In this document: in pieces, positions 40,868 to 50,644 of the stretch
Layout of the letters: every line of letters starts with the position of its first letter
Position numbering within the stretch: position 1 is the first letter of the stretch
Notes under the pieces: generated by a model
Told to the model about the DNA's origin: nothing
Databases searched by the model: none
The model's input: the letters and a program-made list of their open reading frames with translations, nothing else
Translations under genes and position numbers: made by a program
NCBI GenBank assembly: GCA_043811375.1
Contig: JBDRNJ010000004.1
Coordinates: 1 to 64,000 of the forward strand
Origin: a bacterium
GTDB lineage: Bacteria; Zixibacteria; MSB-5A5; GN15; FEB-12
Direction: 5' to 3'
DNA length: 64,000 nucleotides

Positions 40868-40902
40868 GTCTTCGAAATAACCACATCTCGCATGAAGAGA
40901 GT

Positions 40903-41649
40903 ATGCCGCCGAAACGACAGAACAAAGCCGTCATTGCCATTTGCATTCAGGAACCGTTCGAAGATGGATCCAGTATGGACTTCGGCCTCATCCAGGGCGA
41001 CAGCCTGCGATTCCTGCATCAGGCCTTCATAACCGACACGATTACTCATTCGCTCAGTATCAATAAGGTCGACGTACGACTTTACTATATCGACAATCCG
41101 GAGCGCAAACACCTGGTGAAGATCATCACCGACTATCTTAAGAAGAAACTCACCGGCGGCCTGGCAAAAGCTTTTGCCTGCCAGTTCCACTCGACGGAAC
41201 TGCAGCACGATCGCTGGGGTGTTCGTATCGACAAGGTCTTCCGCGAATGTTTTGCGGCCGGCTACAAGCATGTTCTGGTCATCGGCAGCCGCACTCCCAC
41301 TATCCGGGCATCCATGATCGAGCGAGCTCTCAATCAGTTGGTGGAGGGTGATGCCGTTTTCGGTCCCACACCAGAGGGCAGATACTACGTGATCGGCATG
41401 TCGGGAGCTTACCAGATCAACCTGGCGGATTTCGACTGGAAGTCACCGTCCATATACTCTGAGGTAGCCGAGGCATTTACCGACAAGTCGCTGGCCTGGT
41501 CGGAACTGGAGATATGGTACGCTGTGGAAACATCGGAGGAACTGGAGATCATGGTGCGCGATATCAATCAGTTCCGTTATGAAGGTGACGAAACCTCATC
41601 CCGTGAGACGGAACTGGTCATGGAACGCATCCTGTCCAAGCTGGGATAA
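40903..41649 (+). CDS. DUF2064 / GT-A-fold nucleotidyl- or glycosyltransferase-like protein (divergent)
   Basis: VLVIGSRTPTI and VFGPTPEGRYYVIG resemble the family motifs IGSDxP and GPAxDGGYYLIG. Confidence 0.65.
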   Translation: MPPKRQNKAVIAICIQEPFEDGSSMDFGLIQGDSLRFLHQAFITDTITHSLSINKVDVRLYYIDNPERKHLVKIITDYLKKKLTGGLAKAFACQFHSTELQHDRWGVRIDKVFRECFAAGYKHVLVIGSRTPTIRASMIERALNQLVEGDAVFGPTPEGRYYVIGMSGAYQINLADFDWKSPSIYSEVAEAFTDKSLAWSELEIWYAVETSEELEIMVRDINQFRYEGDETSSRETELVMERILSKLG

Positions 41650-41652
41650 GTT

Positions 41653-42387
41653 ATGGAGCGGCAACTACAGAGACTGAACTGGCTTACTGTCAGGGAGTTG
41701 GTTCCTTCAAAATCAGACACGGTTATTCTGCCGGTGGGAACGGTGGAGGCCCACGGTCCCACCTGTTTAGGAACCGACAATTTCATTCCGGAAGCGATCG
41801 CCACGGCCATTGCCGACCGGCTGGAGGCACTGGTGGCGCCGACTCTCAACTACGGCATAACGAAATCGCTCTACCGTTATCCGGGCGGCATCAGTATCAA
41901 GCCGGAAACGTTTGGCCTGTTCCTGCACGACATCCTCAATTCCCTGGTCGACACCCGTTTCAAAAATATTATTGTCATGAACGGCCATGGCGGCAACAAC
42001 GCCGTCCTCAAAGATGTCGCCCATGATTTCCACCGTCGGCACCGGGTCAATATCGCCGTCATTCACTGGTTTGAATTGTGTCGTGAGTTGACGGCCGAGT
42101 TCTTCGGTCATGCCGGAGGACACGGCGGCACCGACGAAACCGCCATGGTGCAGGCTATCGATACCGACCTAGTGGACGAATCGAGCTATTCCCGCGACCA
42201 GGTCTACCAGTTCCGCAGCGGCGCCGATATTTACCCGGTCCCCGGTTGTGTTCTCCTCTATCAGGAGGACGAAGGTTATCCGGAATTTGACGAGGCCCGC
42301 TCCCGGGAGTACTTCGACCGGGTGATAACGGCCGTCGGTGATTTTACCGAGCAGGTTGTTTCCCGGTGGCGCCGGTTGGGCCTGTAG
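41653..42387 (+). CDS. Creatininase-family amidohydrolase
   Basis: LPVGTVEAHG...GTD, NGHGGN and HGGTDET metal-binding motifs. Confidence 0.9.
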   Translation: MERQLQRLNWLTVRELVPSKSDTVILPVGTVEAHGPTCLGTDNFIPEAIATAIADRLEALVAPTLNYGITKSLYRYPGGISIKPETFGLFLHDILNSLVDTRFKNIIVMNGHGGNNAVLKDVAHDFHRRHRVNIAVIHWFELCRELTAEFFGHAGGHGGTDETAMVQAIDTDLVDESSYSRDQVYQFRSGADIYPVPGCVLLYQEDEGYPEFDEARSREYFDRVITAVGDFTEQVVSRWRRLGL

Positions 42388-42521
42388 TTGTCCTTCGCGA
42401 GACCTGAAACAATTTTCTCCTCGACAGCAGAACCGGGCTGTTTACAATCGGTCGATCGCTTGACAAGCGGCTGCCGCTTCCTCTTATATGCAAATGTTGC
42501 CGAGGACCCGTAACACTACCG

Positions 42522-43184
42522 ATGAAAGAAACTTACTTCACAACTGAGTCCATCGAACGGAAAGCAACCGAACTGCTGCGCCGGACGCAACATATCAGTC
42601 GCGGCAGTATTGACAATCTCCGGCCACGCCGGTCGGCACTGCTGATCATGGACATGCAGAAGTATTTCCTTAAGCCCGATTCCCACGCCTTTATCCCCAG
42701 CGCCGGAGCCATTCTCCCCGGCCTGACGGAACTCCTCCGGGAATACCACCAGCGGTCCCTGCCGGTCTTTCTGACACGGCATACCAACACTGCCGCCAAT
42801 GCCGGACGCATGGCCGACTGGTGGCAGGAGTTGATCTGTCCGGATGATCCGCTGAGTGAACTAAACAATGAATTGACAGCGGTCGGTGGGGTCATTTTGG
42901 AAAAGAATCAGTACGATGCCTTTCATGGAACCCGGCTGGAGGAAACGTTGCGGACACGGCAGGTCACCCAGATCGTTATCGGCGGTTTAATGACCCATCT
43001 ATGCTGTGAGACAACGGCCCGTTCGGCGTTTTGCCGCGGATTCGAGGTCTTTTTCACAGTTGACGGAACCGCCACGTACAACGAACAGTTCCACCGGGCA
43101 TCCCTGCAAAACCTGGCCCACGGTTTCGCCACGATGGTATCAGTGCCACAACTGTTGGCGGTCCTGAGGAATCATGCCGATTGA
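42522..43184 (+). CDS. Isochorismatase-family cysteine hydrolase
   Basis: Triad IMDMQ / LEKNQYDAF / THLCCETTARSA. A TTGACA lies at 42460 upstream. Confidence 0.9.
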   Translation: MKETYFTTESIERKATELLRRTQHISRGSIDNLRPRRSALLIMDMQKYFLKPDSHAFIPSAGAILPGLTELLREYHQRSLPVFLTRHTNTAANAGRMADWWQELICPDDPLSELNNELTAVGGVILEKNQYDAFHGTRLEETLRTRQVTQIVIGGLMTHLCCETTARSAFCRGFEVFFTVDGTATYNEQFHRASLQNLAHGFATMVSVPQLLAVLRNHAD

Positions 43185-44064
43185 AGACGTCATCATAGTC
43201 GGCGCCGGACCGGCCGGTATCGCTGCTGCCATCCAGTTACGTCGTCAGGGTCTCGATCCGGTCATCATTGAGAAAAACAAAATTGGAGGGCTGCTGCATA
43301 ATGCCGGTCTCGTGGAAAACTACCCGGGCTTTCCCGACAGCATCACCGGCCCAAACCTGGTTGTCCAACTCGAAAAGCAGTTAACTCAATACAAGCCCCG
43401 TCTCGTTTTCGAGGAAGTCTGGTCAGTCAACTTCGACAATAGCCGGTTCGCCGTCTCGACACCCCGGCAGACGATTCTGTCGCGCACCCTGCTGGTCGCT
43501 TCCGGCACCAGCGCTCGATTGTTTACCGATATAAAGGTCCCCGCCGAGTGCCGGAATCGCATTTTGTACGAAGTCTGGCCCATTCGAGAAGTTGAGGGCA
43601 AGGATATCGCCATTGTGGGTTCCGGGGATGCCGCCTTTGACTACGCCCTCAGCCTGGTACCCCGCAATCGAGTGACGATCCTCAATCGCAGTGTCGTTAC
43701 ACGATGTCTGCCTCTGCTTAAGGATCGTGTCCAACAATCAGCCTATGCCACTTACCGTCCCGATACTCGCCTGACCGAAATCAAGAGCGAGGGGTCCGAA
43801 AAGCTGCGCCTGGAGTGCCGAAATCGGGGTGAGGTCGAGACCCTTGTCGTTGACTACCTGTTGCCGGCTGTGGGTCGAAAGCCCCAACTCGGTTTTCTCG
43901 CCCCGCAATTGACGGGGTGTCAGGAAGAGTTGATCCGGGAGGGACTTCTTTACTTTGCCGGAGATGTGAAAAACGGTACTTTCCGCCAAACCGGAATCGC
44001 TGTCGGCGACGGAATAATGTCGGCTATGAAAATAGCTCGTAAGGTCGGGAGAGAAGCACCATGA
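43174..44064 (+). CDS. Thioredoxin-reductase-like FAD/NAD(P) oxidoreductase lacking CxxC
   Basis: GAGPAG, ENYPGF, VGSGDAAFD, and FAGDV...RQ...AVGDG motifs. Confidence 0.85.
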   Translation: MPIEDVIIVGAGPAGIAAAIQLRRQGLDPVIIEKNKIGGLLHNAGLVENYPGFPDSITGPNLVVQLEKQLTQYKPRLVFEEVWSVNFDNSRFAVSTPRQTILSRTLLVASGTSARLFTDIKVPAECRNRILYEVWPIREVEGKDIAIVGSGDAAFDYALSLVPRNRVTILNRSVVTRCLPLLKDRVQQSAYATYRPDTRLTEIKSEGSEKLRLECRNRGEVETLVVDYLLPAVGRKPQLGFLAPQLTGCQEELIREGLLYFAGDVKNGTFRQTGIAVGDGIMSAMKIARKVGREAP

Positions 44065-45014
44065 AAGTCCGGGCATGTGCGGGCCGGGATGATATCGCTA
44101 CTGTCTACATCGCGGAAATGTCCGGAGGCAAAGTTGTGGAGTTTCTCGAATCGGTGCAGCCGCCTCTACCCCGCGAGAAGAAATGGGTATTGATTATTTC
44201 CTCCCTCTTCGGCTGTCCGGTGCGGTGTCCCATCTGCGATGCCGGCGGTGATTACCGGGGAAAGCTGTCGGTTGACGAAATCCTGGCCCAAACCGACTTT
44301 CTGGTCTACCGCCGGTTCGCCGACGGCCATGTCCCTGTGGAGAAGTTCAAGATTCAGTTCGCCCGGATGGGTGACCCGGCTCTTAACGGCGCCGTCCCGG
44401 ACGCCCTTGAGGCTCTCTCCCGACGCTACCGGGCGCCGGGACTGATGCCGTGCCTGTCGACGGTAGCCCCGGCCGGATGCGAACAATTCTTCGAGCGACT
44501 GCTTGACATCAGGAATCGCTGCTACCCCGGTCGCTTTCAACTGCAATTCTCTATCCACACGACCGACCAGGCAGCCCGAGACCGACTGATACCGATAGAG
44601 AAATGGGACCTGGCAGCTATCGCCCGCTACGGGGAACGTTTCCACCGGACCGGTGATCGTAAAATCACGCTGAATTTTGCATTGGTCGCCGGTACACCGG
44701 TTGATCCGGCGGTATTGCTTGACCAGTTCGATCCGAACCGTTTTCTGATCAAGATTACGCCGCTGAATCCGACCTGTCGGACAATAGCCAATGGGCTGGA
44801 CTCCTACGTGGTTCCAGACCGCCCGGACGACAGTTACCCGGTGGTGCAGGCTTTGCGTAACGCTGACTACGAAGTGATCGTCAGCATCGGCGAACTTACC
44901 GAGAACAACATCGGCAGCAACTGCGGTCAGTACGTATCCGCTTATCTGAAAGAAAAAGCCGCTTTGGGTGAGACCTATTCATTCCCGGTGAATGAGTATG
45001 CCGGCACACAGTGA
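44061..45014 (+). CDS. RlmN/Cfr-related radical SAM protein (divergent)
   Basis: SSLFGCPVRCPIC, RMGDP, QFSIH, ITPLNP and IGSNCGQ motifs. Confidence 0.85.
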   Translation: MKVRACAGRDDIATVYIAEMSGGKVVEFLESVQPPLPREKKWVLIISSLFGCPVRCPICDAGGDYRGKLSVDEILAQTDFLVYRRFADGHVPVEKFKIQFARMGDPALNGAVPDALEALSRRYRAPGLMPCLSTVAPAGCEQFFERLLDIRNRCYPGRFQLQFSIHTTDQAARDRLIPIEKWDLAAIARYGERFHRTGDRKITLNFALVAGTPVDPAVLLDQFDPNRFLIKITPLNPTCRTIANGLDSYVVPDRPDDSYPVVQALRNADYEVIVSIGELTENNIGSNCGQYVSAYLKEKAALGETYSFPVNEYAGTQ

Positions 45015-45032
45015 CGGCCGGGCTATAGCGCC

Positions 45033-45593
45033 ATGAGTGTACCTGCCAAATCGACGGACATCATAGTCAATGGTGACCGCATCGTCCTGCGCAAGGTAAC
45101 AAGAGCGGATGCTCAAACCATATTCGAAAACGTCCGTGACCGTGAAATCAGCCGCTACACGTTCATACCTCATCCTTACCGGCTCCGGGATGCCCTGCAC
45201 TTTATACGCTTTGCACAGCTACAGATGAAAAAGGGACTGGAATATCATTTAGGTATCGAACTGAAGAGCAGTGAGCGGATTATCGGTATGATCGGCCTGA
45301 TGCGGGTCGATCTCCGAAACCGTAACGCCGAGATCGGCTACTGGCTGAGCAAAAGTTACTGGGGGCAGGGCCTGGCCGGTGACGCTCTGCACCTGATGCT
45401 ACACTTTGCCTTCCGGGAACTGAAGCTGGTCCGTGTCTATGCTCACGTGATGCACCCCAACCATGCCTCGGCGCGCATGCTGGAAAGGGCCGGTTTCACA
45501 CGGGAAGGTTGCCTCCGCAAGCATTTGCTGCGTAGTGGCCGCAGACTTGATCTGCTTTACTACGGCCTGCTCAAACAGGAATACCGACCCTGA
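45033..45593 (+). CDS. GNAT N-acetyltransferase (RimJ/RimL type)
   Basis: AEIGYWL, YWGQGL and NHASARMLERAGFTREG motifs. Confidence 0.9.
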   Translation: MSVPAKSTDIIVNGDRIVLRKVTRADAQTIFENVRDREISRYTFIPHPYRLRDALHFIRFAQLQMKKGLEYHLGIELKSSERIIGMIGLMRVDLRNRNAEIGYWLSKSYWGQGLAGDALHLMLHFAFRELKLVRVYAHVMHPNHASARMLERAGFTREGCLRKHLLRSGRRLDLLYYGLLKQEYRP

Positions 45594-45610
45594 TTGCTCA
45601 TTCCCGGCAT

Positions 45611-45641
45611 AAAAAAAGCCGGAACCAAAGCTCCGGCTTTT
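45611..45641. terminator. Bidirectional intrinsic terminator
   Basis: AAAAGCCGGA-N8-TCCGGCTTTT between convergent genes. Confidence 0.85.
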
Positions 45642-45658
45642 ATCTGCTGTGCTGTTTC

Positions 45659-46249
45659 TTAGAAGAATTTCAATCCGAGTGTAATCGGGATAAAGGCGGT
45701 ACCCTCGCCTTCGGTGGCAACGTTGACATACCGGCCCTGGACGAACAGATTCATTGTCGGTCCGACCTTCATTTCCACACCGGCACCAAAGTTGTAATAC
45801 ATCTTGTTCAGGCTTTCTGTGGATGTCGGTGTAAAACCGGCCGCCAAAAGCAGATTGCCGCCAAAGGACGACTGCTGGATATTGGCTAACCCGGCTCCGG
45901 CGAAAGCGAACGGCTTAATCGAGGCCGTCGGCAGACCAAATGCAAAGCGGCCGTCGCCACCAAACATCAGCATCCGGCTGTCGCCGCCGTCAAGACCGGT
46001 GATACCGCCAAAATCGAAGGCGAACTTGTGGTACTCAGCCTTACCGACCACTTGGAAAGCGGGTCCGAATTTGTAGCCCAGTCCGGCCAGACCATGGTAA
46101 CCGGTCTTGTAGCCGTCTTTGAAGCCATCGGGGGCAGTGGGTAGACTGAGCGCCCCACCGGCATACAGACTGAACGGCGTCGGCACCTGGGCGGATACGC
46201 CGAGCGCCAGTGCGATCACGCATACCGCCGTCAATAACAACTTCTTCAT
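45659..46249 (-). CDS. Outer membrane beta-barrel protein (OmpA-like TM domain)
   Basis: Signal peptide MKKLLLTAVC, alternating beta-strand pattern, C-terminal LGLKFF. Confidence 0.8.
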   Translation of the reverse strand: MKKLLLTAVCVIALALGVSAQVPTPFSLYAGGALSLPTAPDGFKDGYKTGYHGLAGLGYKFGPAFQVVGKAEYHKFAFDFGGITGLDGGDSRMLMFGGDGRFAFGLPTASIKPFAFAGAGLANIQQSSFGGNLLLAAGFTPTSTESLNKMYYNFGAGVEMKVGPTMNLFVQGRYVNVATEGEGTAFIPITLGLKFF

Positions 46250-46429
46250 TTGCAGCTCCTCCAATAAGGTTTGTCTGTCACTCTATTGTCGGTTGGAGCA
46301 TCTCCGGTCTTTAGCTTAACAAGACTAATTTTGTTTCCCTTCCCATTTCATTAGCGTACCAGTCACTTGGTTGGCGAGACGGCCTTTACCCGCGACCGAC
46401 TCCGTACATCGACCTTTCTTAACACCAAG

Positions 46430-46459
46430 AAAAAAGGCCGGAGTTTGAATCCCGGCCTT
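46430..46459 (-). terminator. Intrinsic terminator
   Basis: AAGGCCGG/CCGGCCTT stem with an A-run on the plus strand (U-tail on the minus strand). Confidence 0.75.
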
Positions 46460-46479
46460 AGTGCTGTTTCGGTCTGTTA

Positions 46480-47091
46480 TCAGAACCTGAGTCCGACCGT
46501 CAACGGCATGAAACCTGTTGACTCACCGGAAGTAGCAACGCTTACAACAGTACCCTGAATGAAAACCTTCATTGTCGATCCGGTCTTAATCTCCACTCCC
46601 CCACCGAGATTGATGTACAGCTTAGTTTCCTCAAACCCCAGCGGAATATGTATGCCCGGAGCGCTGATATCAGAAAACGAGAGGTTAGCTACTCCGAGTC
46701 CGGCAAAGAACACGCCGTTGGCGGATGCTGAAGAGGAGCCGAATACAAACCGCGCGTCGCCACCCACCATGAACGCCCTCAACGCCGCACCACTCACTCC
46801 GGTCACTCCGAATGTACCCCAGCTAAACGGCATACTGTGATATTCGGTCTTGCCGACGATGTAGAGGGTGCGAGTCACCTTTAGACCGACTCCGATCGTT
46901 CCGTGAAAGCCGACCGACCAGAAGTCCTGGAACTCGTCAGGGGATACCGGTATTGATGCACCGGCACCAATGTAGACAGCGGTCGATTTGGCTGGCACCT
47001 GCTCCATTGCTGACCCTGTTGCCGCCAGACAGATCACAATACCGACCACCAGTGTTGTGCGAGCAGCCTTCTGCAGTAGTGATTTGCTCAT
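46480..47091 (-). CDS. Outer membrane beta-barrel protein, paralog of 45659-46249
   Basis: Shares VGKxEYH, MxGGDxRF, GxGVExK and VATxGExTxFxPxTxGLxF with the neighbouring gene. Confidence 0.8.
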   Translation of the reverse strand: MSKSLLQKAARTTLVVGIVICLAATGSAMEQVPAKSTAVYIGAGASIPVSPDEFQDFWSVGFHGTIGVGLKVTRTLYIVGKTEYHSMPFSWGTFGVTGVSGAALRAFMVGGDARFVFGSSSASANGVFFAGLGVANLSFSDISAPGIHIPLGFEETKLYINLGGGVEIKTGSTMKVFIQGTVVSVATSGESTGFMPLTVGLRF

Positions 47092-47172
47092 CCCGTTCCT
47101 CCTTCAGATTAGTTGCAATTGGCCCTGATTGTCGTGTACACTTCTCATCCAAATACAAGCCCTTCAATCAAC

Positions 47173-47202
47173 AATTTACGAACAACGGGGAAACTGAGTC
47201 AA
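47173..47202 (-). promoter_or_regulatory. Putative promoter for the beta-barrel gene
   Basis: Minus strand TTGACT-N18-TAAATT. Confidence 0.5.
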
Positions 47203-47412
47203 GGGAAAAATCCCCGGCAGCTTACTCCAACCAGAAAAAGCTATGTGACTCCGGTGCTGCTTATGAATCAGGAGGGAATAAGATTGGATTACAAGTAACT
47301 CCCGCGTTCGCCCGCCGGGACATTTGTGAGCACCTTCACTTGCTTCGCCCCACCCTTTTGTATATATAGTCTCATTGACAACAATTTGGCTATAATTCAG
47401 GAGGAAAACGAT

Positions 47413-48603
47413 ATGGCAGACAGACCTAACGCCTACATTGTCTCAGCCTGTCGCAGCGCTATCGGGGTGCTGCACGGCGGATTGGGCACATTGACCGCCC
47501 CCCAACTGGGCGCACTAGCGGTAAAAGAGGCAGTCAAACGGGCCGGTATCGACCCGGCTGACGTGGAAGAAGTGATCATGGGCCAGGTGGTCCAGGGTGG
47601 ATCGGGGCAGGCTCCCGCCCGCCAGGCGGCCATACACGGCGGAGTGCCGCCGGAAGCCGGTGCTATGACGATCAACAAGGTATGTGGTTCGGGGCTGAAA
47701 GCAGTTATGCTGGCGGCTCAGTCAATCCGGGCCGGGGACCAGGATGTGTTTATCGCCGGTGGCATGGAGTCGATGTCAAAGACGCCACTGGCCCTGCACG
47801 GCGCCAAGACCGGTTACAAATTCGGCCACCAGAAGCTGATCGACCTGATGATCAGCGACGGTTTGTGGGACAGCTTCAACAATTTCCACATGGGCAACGC
47901 CGCCGAACTGACCCGGGAAAAAGTCGGTATCACCCGCGAGGAGCAGGACGAGTTTGCCTGCAACTCGCACAAAAAGGCTGTAGCGGCCCAGGAAGCCGGC
48001 AAGTTCAAAGAGGAAATCTTTGACGTCAGCATCCCGCAGCGCAAGGGCGATCCCGTTATCTTCAACAAGGATGAAGGCCCGCGGCCAGGTCTTTCGGTTG
48101 AGAAACTGGCCCGACTGCGCCCGGCTTTTGTCAAGGACGGCACCGTCACCGCCGGCAACTCACCCGGCCTCAATGACGGCAGCGCCGCCACGGTGGTCGT
48201 TTCGGAGAAGTATTTGAAAGAAAAGGGCCTCAAGCCCCTGGCCAGAGTGGTCGAGTACGCAGTAGCCGGAACCGCTCCGGTTGACCTGTTTTTCTCACCC
48301 ATCTACGCCGTGCGCAAGCTGATGGAGAAGATGAAAGTCGATATCAACCACTTCGACCTTATCGAAGCCAACGAGGCTTTTTCGGCGCAGGCATTGGCTG
48401 ACGGCAAGGAACTCAAGTGGGACTGGGATCGTGTCAACGTTCACGGTGGTGCTGTGGCGCTGGGGCACCCCATTGGAGCTTCCGGCACGCGGGTGCTGGT
48501 AACATTAATATACGCGCTTAAGGACCGGGGACTCAAGACCGGCCTGGCGACATTGTGCCTCGGCGGCGGCAACGCCGTGGCGATGGCTATTGAAATCTGT
48601 TGA
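47413..48603 (+). CDS. Acetyl-CoA C-acyltransferase (thiolase)
   Basis: [19 protein letters not shown] and LCLGGG motifs; GGAGG RBS. Confidence 0.96.
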   Translation: MADRPNAYIVSACRSAIGVLHGGLGTLTAPQLGALAVKEAVKRAGIDPADVEEVIMGQVVQGGSGQAPARQAAIHGGVPPEAGAMTINKVCGSGLKAVMLAAQSIRAGDQDVFIAGGMESMSKTPLALHGAKTGYKFGHQKLIDLMISDGLWDSFNNFHMGNAAELTREKVGITREEQDEFACNSHKKAVAAQEAGKFKEEIFDVSIPQRKGDPVIFNKDEGPRPGLSVEKLARLRPAFVKDGTVTAGNSPGLNDGSAATVVVSEKYLKEKGLKPLARVVEYAVAGTAPVDLFFSPIYAVRKLMEKMKVDINHFDLIEANEAFSAQALADGKELKWDWDRVNVHGGAVALGHPIGASGTRVLVTLIYALKDRGLKTGLATLCLGGGNAVAMAIEIC

Positions 48604-48623
48604 GCAACTCAGGGAGATTGAAA

Positions 48624-49487
48624 ATGAAAGCGGATGATATCAAACAAATTGCGGTTATCGGTAGCGGCACTATGGGCAACGGTATCGCCCAGGTGTGCGC
48701 CATGACCGGCTATGACGTCACTTTGATCGACATCAAGCAGGAGTTTCTTGACCGGGCTGTTAAGACAATCACCAAGAGCTTCGATCGCCTGCTCAAGAAA
48801 GAGAAGATTACCGAGGACGACAAAAAGGCCGCCCTGGGACACATCAGCACCACTACCGAACTACCGGCTGCCAAAGATGCGCAACTGGTCATCGAAGCGG
48901 TCAATGAAGATCTGGCTGTCAAGCTCGACATCTTCACCAAACTGGAAAATGTCTGTGGGCCGGATACGATCTTCGCCTCCAACACCTCGTCGCTGCCCAT
49001 CACTCAGTTGGCGGCAGCAACCAAACGGCCGGAGAAGTTCATCGGTATGCACTTCATGAACCCGGTACCGATGATGAAACTGATCGAGGTCATTCGCGGC
49101 ATCGCAACTTCGGACGACACCTACAACCTGGTGAGCGACGTCTCCAAGAAACTGGGCAAGATCCCGGTGGAAGTAAACGACTTCCCCGGTTTCGTCGCCA
49201 ACCGCATTCTGCTGCCGATGATCAACGAGGCCATCTACGCCCACATGGAGGGCGTGGCTACGGTTGAAGCTATCGACTCCGTTATGAAACTGGGCATGGC
49301 GCACCCGATGGGTCCGCTGACGCTGGCCGATTTCATCGGTCTTGATGTCTGCCTGGCGATACTGGAAGTTATGCATGAGGGACTGGGCGATCCCAAGTAT
49401 CGGCCCTGCCCGTTGTTGAGGAAGATGGTGCAGGCCGGTTATCTTGGTCGCAAGTCCGGTCGCGGCTTTTATGACTACAGTTCTTAG
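48624..49487 (+). CDS. hbd: 3-hydroxybutyryl-CoA dehydrogenase
   Basis: [28 protein letters not shown] and GRKSGRGFY motifs. Confidence 0.93.
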   Translation: MKADDIKQIAVIGSGTMGNGIAQVCAMTGYDVTLIDIKQEFLDRAVKTITKSFDRLLKKEKITEDDKKAALGHISTTTELPAAKDAQLVIEAVNEDLAVKLDIFTKLENVCGPDTIFASNTSSLPITQLAAATKRPEKFIGMHFMNPVPMMKLIEVIRGIATSDDTYNLVSDVSKKLGKIPVEVNDFPGFVANRILLPMINEAIYAHMEGVATVEAIDSVMKLGMAHPMGPLTLADFIGLDVCLAILEVMHEGLGDPKYRPCPLLRKMVQAGYLGRKSGRGFYDYSS

Positions 49488-49498
49488 AGAGAGATGAG

Positions 49499-50641
49499 AT
49501 GGATTTTAAGTTATCCGAAGAGGACCTTGATCTGAAAGATATGGCGCGCGATTTCGCGGAAAAACGCCTCTACCCCCACGCCGAAGAGTTCGATGAAAAG
49601 GCAGCAACACCACCGGAACTTATCAAAGAATGCGCCGAGCTCGGTTATTTTGGCTTCATGGTCCCCGAAGAGTACGGCGGTGCCGGACTGAGCACGGTCA
49701 CCTTTATGGGTGTCCTGGAGGAAATCAGTGCCGCCTGCGCCGGTTTTGGCATCCTGCTGTCAGTGCACAATTCACTCTGCTGTGAAATCGTCAAATGTTT
49801 CGGTACTGACGCGCTAAAGAAAAAGTACCTGCCGGCGATGGCGGCCGGTGAGAAAATCGGCGCCTACTGTGTCACCGAACCGAACGCCGGTACCGACCTC
49901 GCTTCTATCTCCTGCTCCGCCACCGATAAAGGAGACCACTACCTGCTTGACGGTACCAAAACCTTTGTCACCAATGCCGCCCATGCCGGTGTCCTGATCG
50001 TCTTCGTCAAGACCGATCCCGATGCCGGCCACAAGGGACTCAGTTGCTTTGTCGTGGACAAAGACAGCGACGGCATCACGCTGGGCAAGAATGAGCACAA
50101 ATGCGGCCTTAAAGCATCCGATCTGCGTGAGATCAGTTTTGCCGATGTCAGGGTACCCAAAGACAACCTGCTGGGCAATCTCGGCGACGGGTTCCGCATG
50201 GCCGTTACCATTCTCAATTCCGGTCGCATCGGAGTTTCGTTTCAGGCAACCGGTATGGCGCGCTCGGCACTGACTGAGTCCATCAAGTATTCCAAGGAAC
50301 GCAAACAGTTCGGTCAGCCGATTGCCAATTTCCAGGCCATTCAGTTTAAGCTGGCCGACATGGCTACCCGTATCGACGCCGGACGACTGCTGGGTTACCG
50401 GGCAGCCATGCTCAAAGACGCCGGTGTCCCGTGCCATCGGGAATCGTCGATGGCCAAGCTGTTCTGCTCGCAGACGGCCAACTTCGTATGCAACGAAGCG
50501 GTACAGATTCACGGCGGTTACGGCTACATGAAAGAGTACGCCGTCGAGCGTTATTTCCGCGACGCCCGCGTTACCGAGATTTACGAAGGCACCACCGAGG
50601 CCCAGAAGATGGTCATCTCCCGTGACCTGCTGAAGGAGTAG
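49499..50641 (+). CDS. Acyl-CoA dehydrogenase (short-chain type)
   Basis: TEPNAGTD, RKQFGQPI, QIHGGYGY and EIYEGT motifs. Confidence 0.95.
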   Translation: MDFKLSEEDLDLKDMARDFAEKRLYPHAEEFDEKAATPPELIKECAELGYFGFMVPEEYGGAGLSTVTFMGVLEEISAACAGFGILLSVHNSLCCEIVKCFGTDALKKKYLPAMAAGEKIGAYCVTEPNAGTDLASISCSATDKGDHYLLDGTKTFVTNAAHAGVLIVFVKTDPDAGHKGLSCFVVDKDSDGITLGKNEHKCGLKASDLREISFADVRVPKDNLLGNLGDGFRMAVTILNSGRIGVSFQATGMARSALTESIKYSKERKQFGQPIANFQAIQFKLADMATRIDAGRLLGYRAAMLKDAGVPCHRESSMAKLFCSQTANFVCNEAVQIHGGYGYMKEYAVERYFRDARVTEIYEGTTEAQKMVISRDLLKE

Positions 50642-50644
50642 GCT

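Noticed and set aside
43501..43512. 12-nt match (TCCGGCACCAGC) to the tRNA 3' end region (342-353), a possible attR
   Set aside because: The match is short, lies inside a coding sequence, and the intervening DNA is housekeeping with no integrase.
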